NCBI GenBank assembly: GCA_963977445.1
Contig: CAXBPH010000024.1
Location: forward strand, 1-41,478
Length of the DNA: 41,478 nt
Origin: an uncultured bacterium
Lineage (GTDB): Bacteria > Hydrogenedentota > Hydrogenedentia > Hydrogenedentales > JAEUWI01
Reading direction: 5' to 3'
Position numbers and translations under genes: made by a program
Notes under the pieces: model-generated
Database searches by the model: none
The model's input: only the letters and a program-made list of their open reading frames with translations
What the model was told of the DNA's origin: nothing
Shown here: positions 37,255 through 41,478 of the stretch, one piece after another
How the letters are laid out: every line of letters begins with the position of its first letter
How positions within the stretch are numbered: position 1 is the stretch's first letter

Positions 37255-38060
37255 TTGGCGCACTTTTGCTTTGCATGACAGCAACCCTTGCTGCCCCCGA
37301 TGAGTTTGACGACTTCTTCAAGGAATTTGCGGCCAAGCGTGCGGGTATACAGATATTGGAAGCCGATATCGAAGAGCGGACCTTTGAGTTTGACGAGGTA
37401 AATCTCCGGACGGGGCATGTGGTCTTTGGTCAGCCCCGGCGCATAATTTTTCGCTACGATAACGACGAGCCTACCGTGATGGTGGACGACCGCAGGGTCT
37501 ACGAATATGATCCCCTGGAAGAGCAACTCCAGATATATGATATCGACGACAGCCCCGAGTCGGCCATTTTTTTTCTCGGTTTCGACAGTGATCCCGGTGC
37601 CCTGCGTGAGGCCTACGATGTGCGCCTCTTTACGACGAAGAATGACCAGGGGAATCAGGGCATCATCATACGTCCATTCAAAGAGAATATGGAAAACGCG
37701 CCCTTTCAGGAAGTCAGCATTTATCTGCGCGACGAAGATTTTCTGCCCTATATGATTCTCATCAATTTGGATGACGACGCGAAAATGCGCACCGAGTTTT
37801 CGAACTTCAAGACCAACCAGGCCATCCCCCCCTCGAAGACCCAACTGCGGATTCCCGCCGATACGCGGATTATCGAAAATGGTGAAGTTACGATACACGC
37901 GGTGCCGCCTGGCGGGCTGCTGGTTCCGCCCACGCCGCTGGACGTACCCACAGACGCCGCCGGTGTTTCAGAGAAAGAAAAAGACGCGCCCGCGCCAGCC
38001 CCTGCGAGCGACGCCAAAGCCGACGGGCTTGTTCAGGTTGAGGTTTTGCCCGCACCATGA
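37251..38060 (+). CDS. LolA-like outer-membrane lipoprotein carrier protein
   Basis: Signal peptide; GHVVFGQPRRIIFRY, VDDRRVYEYDP..EQL, EFSNFKTN. Confidence 0.7.
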   Translation: MIGALLLCMTATLAAPDEFDDFFKEFAAKRAGIQILEADIEERTFEFDEVNLRTGHVVFGQPRRIIFRYDNDEPTVMVDDRRVYEYDPLEEQLQIYDIDDSPESAIFFLGFDSDPGALREAYDVRLFTTKNDQGNQGIIIRPFKENMENAPFQEVSIYLRDEDFLPYMILINLDDDAKMRTEFSNFKTNQAIPPSKTQLRIPADTRIIENGEVTIHAVPPGGLLVPPTPLDVPTDAAGVSEKEKDAPAPAPASDAKADGLVQVEVLPAP

Positions 38061-38668
38061 CCACGCCTATCATCCTTGCGTCGGGATCGCCCCGTCGTCA
38101 AAGCCTGCTGTCTGCCCTGGGGGTTTCCTTTACCGTCATCACCAGCGATGCCCATGAACCGAACACGGGTGAGTCGCCCCACGATATTGTGGTGGGGAAT
38201 GCCATCATAAAGCGTGATGATGTGGTGTCTCGTCTGCCGACGCCTTCGTTGGTTATTGCCGCCGACACCCTGGTCTTTTACGAAGCCCACGTATTGCCCA
38301 AGCCAAGCGATTTGAACGAGGCCCGCAGGATGCTGCGCCTTCTCTCGGGGAACACCCACCAGGTGCTCACCGGACTGGCCGTCACCCACATGGACACGGG
38401 CACATCGGTGGAAGCGTCGGAAACGACCCATGTGACCTTCAAGGAACTGTCGGATCGGGAAATCGATCGCTTTGTGGAAATCGTAGAGCCCTTGGATCGG
38501 GCGGGGGCCTACACGGTGGATGGTCCGGGCAGTCTCATTGTCGCGGCCTACCGGGGCTGCTATCAGAATGTCCTCGGCCTGCCCATGGTTCGGCTGGAAG
38601 CGATGTTGCAGGGCCTCGGTGTGGACCTCTTTGCATTGATGGACAAAGAGCGGGCTGTTTTTCTGTAG
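38057..38668 (+). CDS. maf: Maf family nucleoside triphosphate pyrophosphatase
   Basis: IILASGSPRR, AADTLV, KP, LSGNTHQVLTG, DRAGAY, NVLGLP. Confidence 0.92.
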   Translation: MTTPIILASGSPRRQSLLSALGVSFTVITSDAHEPNTGESPHDIVVGNAIIKRDDVVSRLPTPSLVIAADTLVFYEAHVLPKPSDLNEARRMLRLLSGNTHQVLTGLAVTHMDTGTSVEASETTHVTFKELSDREIDRFVEIVEPLDRAGAYTVDGPGSLIVAAYRGCYQNVLGLPMVRLEAMLQGLGVDLFALMDKERAVFL

Positions 38669-38713
38669 TGCGGCAATCGAAGGGGGTGTCCGTAGAGGCT
38701 GTTGGGCCATCAC

Positions 38714-38785
38714 GGGGACAGTTTCCGATTGCAGTGTGTCGTGGTGCATCGGAGTGGGGTTGTTAATCAATCGGTAACTGTACCC
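38714..38785. repeat. 72-bp palindromic element (GGGGACAGT...ACTGTACCC)
   Basis: 18-bp arms with 2 mismatches; second copy at 40728..40799. Confidence 0.8.
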
Positions 38786-39082
38786 ACCACCTCAGCGAGC
38801 AATATAAGAATGAGTGACAAAGGTATTGGGGCAAGGGGGCGAAGTCTGCATGGGGCAAGCACGTGTTAATCCCATACTCCTTCCGTTTTTTCATCCTTCG
38901 TACTACTATCCGCCATTGTCTTGCTTTTTGAACAAGAAAATGGATCGCAAGAGTTTGTATCGTCTTGTCATTCTTAAGGTTACAATCGCAAATCAGGGTC
39001 GGAGGAATTTCGAATTCTGGCCACGGATGAAACAATGCAATATTGAAAGCAAGACAGCCCAAGCGAAACACCGAAAAACAAA

Positions 39083-39284
39083 AGGGGGTTGACCATTCCC
39101 GCCACGGCGCGTCTTCGACCTGGTCGACACAAAAGGCACGGTGATTTTCGTGCCCCCCCGTCCATGGCGAAAGGGCGGGAAATGCCAAAGAATGGCGCTC
39201 GGAACTTCACATCACCTGAATAACATCACGGGCCCCGTGGAACCTGACGTGGGCCTTATGTCGACCAGGAATGGTCAACCCCCT
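39083..39284. repeat. Inverted-repeat pair (REPIN/MITE-like)
   Basis: AGGGGGTTGACCATTCC at 39083..39099 and its exact complement at 39268..39284. Confidence 0.7.
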
Positions 39285-39560
39285 GTTGGGCACGTCCGTT
39301 TTTTTCTTCTTCCTTCGTGCTCTTCGTATCTTCGTGGTTCAAAATCTTTGGTTGCGGCCAACGGCTGCTCTTCGTGTCCTTCGTGGTAAGAAAACGCATT
39401 GTTCCATCAAGAAACCAGTCGTTTTCCCAGGTCGCTTCACCCAAGTGAGCTGTCAGGATGGGGGAAGGCAGGCTGTTCTAATTTAGTGGGAATTTTTGGA
39501 GTTCTGCTCTATACTGGGCGTGGGTAGTCGACGAATGATTTCGCTTCACTACACTATCCA

Positions 39561-40286
39561 ATGGATTTGGGGTGGACATGGAGCGACGGCAGAAAGGGAT
39601 ATCTAATGGGCACACCAATGACGAAAGCAGTGTGGGCGCAGAGTATGAAGAATGCAGGTATTTGCGGGGCGGGAGTGATGTTTGTGCTCGGGGTCGTTGT
39701 ACTTCCAGTAAGTTATTTCTTTCAACTTCCTCCCCTTGAAACGGCAATTATTTCGTGTACGGTAGTGCTATGCGCATCACTGATTCCATTTGTCTTGTGG
39801 GTGCTACACCAGTCCAGGAAAGCGGGTCCTGTCGTATTGGATTGTGGGCCCCGGCCCGGCAGATGGATGCTCGTGACGGGCTCCATCCTTGTAGCCCTCA
39901 TCGCTATTTTTCGTCTTTTTCTTTTCTATGCCACTGATGAAACGGGCTTTTCGGCATTTTTTCAAATAGTTCTCTATTTTGACATGGCATTGCTATATGG
40001 CTTTCTGTCGGTTGGGCGTCTGCAAATTCGTGAGCGCGGACTCTGGCAGTGTGAGGGCCTATTGGCGTGGGATAAAATTGAATCCTGGCGGTGGGTCGGC
40101 GATGGGCATCCTACCCTGTTAGTTAAGGCCAAAACACGGTTTCCCTTCCTCCCAAGTGGAGGCGCGCTGCCCATCCCGATAGCACAAAAAGACCAGGTGG
40201 AAAACTTCCTCCGTGAACGGTGCCTGCCGAAGGGAGAAGGCGATTTCGGGGACGGTCATGAGGGTGTGGTGCCCGGAGTCCTGTAA
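39561..40286 (+). CDS. Hypothetical membrane protein (about 4 TM plus a C-terminal PH-like/DUF5673-like region)
   Basis: Hydrophobic segments; QIRERGL...LAWDKIESWRW motif; start uncertain. Confidence 0.65.
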   Translation: MDLGWTWSDGRKGYLMGTPMTKAVWAQSMKNAGICGAGVMFVLGVVVLPVSYFFQLPPLETAIISCTVVLCASLIPFVLWVLHQSRKAGPVVLDCGPRPGRWMLVTGSILVALIAIFRLFLFYATDETGFSAFFQIVLYFDMALLYGFLSVGRLQIRERGLWQCEGLLAWDKIESWRWVGDGHPTLLVKAKTRFPFLPSGGALPIPIAQKDQVENFLRERCLPKGEGDFGDGHEGVVPGVL

Positions 40287-40309
40287 ATGGGAGGCCGTGG
40301 CGGTTAATT

Positions 40310-41478
40310 AATCGGTAACTGTACCCGCCGGGCGAATATTTAACCACGAAGGACACGAAGAGCACGAAGGAAAAAGAAGGAAGAGGATGACCCGCCCCTT
40401 CTAAAGCGGAGCTCAGCGGGCAATATAAGAATGAGTGACAAAGGTATTGGGGCAAGGGGGCGAAGTCTACATGGGGCAAGCACGTGTCAAACCCATATTT
40501 CTTCCGTTTTTTCTTCTTTTTCTTCTTCGTGCTCTTCGTGTCCTCTGTGGCGAAAAAAACGACGTTCTCCGTCAAGAAACCGTTCGTTTTTGGTGAATCA
40601 GTATTTATGTCTTTATATATACTTAACCACGAAGGACACGAAGAGCACGAAGGAAAAATGAAGTAAGACGATGAACCACCCCTTCTGAAAAGGGGATGAC
40701 GGGCCGTGGAAGATGTTGGGCCATCACGGGGACAGTTTTCGATTGCAGCGTGTCGTGGTGCATTGGAACAGGTTTTTTGCCCAATCGGTAACTGTACCCG
40801 CCGGGCGAATATTTAACCACGAAGGACACGAAGAGCACGAAGGAAAAAGAAGGAAGAGGATGACCCGCCCCTTCTAAAGCGGAGCTCAGCGGGCAATATA
40901 AGAATGAGTGACAAAGGTATTGGGGCAAGGGGGCGAAGTCTACATGGGGCAAGCACGTGTCAAACCCATATTTCTTCCGTTTTTTCTTCTTTTTCTTCTT
41001 CGTGCTCTTCGTGTCCTCTGTGGCGAAAAAAACGACGTTCTCCGTCAAGAAACCGTTCGTTTTTGGTGAATCAGTATTTATGTCTTTATATATACTTAAC
41101 CACGAAGGACACGAAGAGCACGAAGGAAAAAAGAAAGAAGAAGATGAGCCGCCCCTTCTAAAGCGGAGCTCAGCGGGCAACATAAGAATGAGTGACAAAG
41201 GTATTGGGGAATGGGAGTGAAGTCTGCATGGGGCAAGCACGTGTCAAACCCATATTTCTTCCGTTTTTTTTCTTTTCATTCTTCGTGCTCTTCGTGTCCT
41301 CTGTGGTGAAAAAACGACGTTCTCCATCAAGAAACCGTTCGTTTTTGTTGAATCAGTATTTATGTCTCTATAAATACTCAACCACGAATGAACACGAATT
41401 TACACGAATATTATTGGCCACAATCAAATAATTGACCACGGATAAATCGGATAACACGGATGCTCAGGGACGGAAATC
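40310..41478. repeat. Array of composite repeats, including a 349-bp duplication (40310..40658 and 40783..41131) and a third degenerate unit
   Basis: Units are bounded by CCACGAAGGACACGAAGAGCACGAAG and the imperfect inverse CTTCGTGCTCTTCGTGTCCTCTGTGG, around a shared ~100-bp core. Confidence 0.85.

Noticed and set aside
40123..41431. ORFs with poly-Lys/poly-Phe runs (40123..40575, 40484..40666, 40623..41240, 40957..41220 etc.)
   Set aside because: Translations of low-complexity repeat arms, duplicated with the repeats; no protein-like features
40310..41478. CRISPR array
   Set aside because: Repeats occur in both orientations, intervening sequences are themselves repeated rather than unique spacers, spacing is irregular, and no cas genes are present

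Overview
Bacterial chromosome segment. The mix of PVC-type heme/HEAT protein, sulfatase, PEP-CTERM, LolA-like, DivIVA and flagellin genes suggests a Gram-negative environmental lineage such as Ca. Hydrogenedentota or PVC-like bacteria (inference only). Main contents: (1) secreted/hypothetical genes at 1-9.5 kb, one bracketed by a 78-bp palindromic direct repeat. (2) A complete 7,614-bp phage-satellite-like element integrated in the 3' half of tRNA-His, with a 51-bp att duplication, integrase, AlpA-like protein, Prim-Pol/SF3 primase-helicase, candidate origin, TerS-like HTH protein and a promoter/antisense module, but no recognisable capsid or tail genes. (3) The tRNA-His itself is atypical (no encoded G-1, G1.U72, A73). 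(4) Housekeeping genes: trxB, M23-bactofilin, mnmA, a flagellin locus with sigma28 promoter, CsrA sites and glycosylation genes, tRNA-Glu, argA-like, proC, divIVA-like, lolA-like, maf. (5) A ~1.8-kb tandem duplication of a sigma54-driven PEP-CTERM gene with islands of perfect identity. (6) A dense mosaic of palindromic REP/MITE-like repeats at 38.7-41.5 kb around an orphan membrane gene. All calls come from reading the sequence; no database searches were run.
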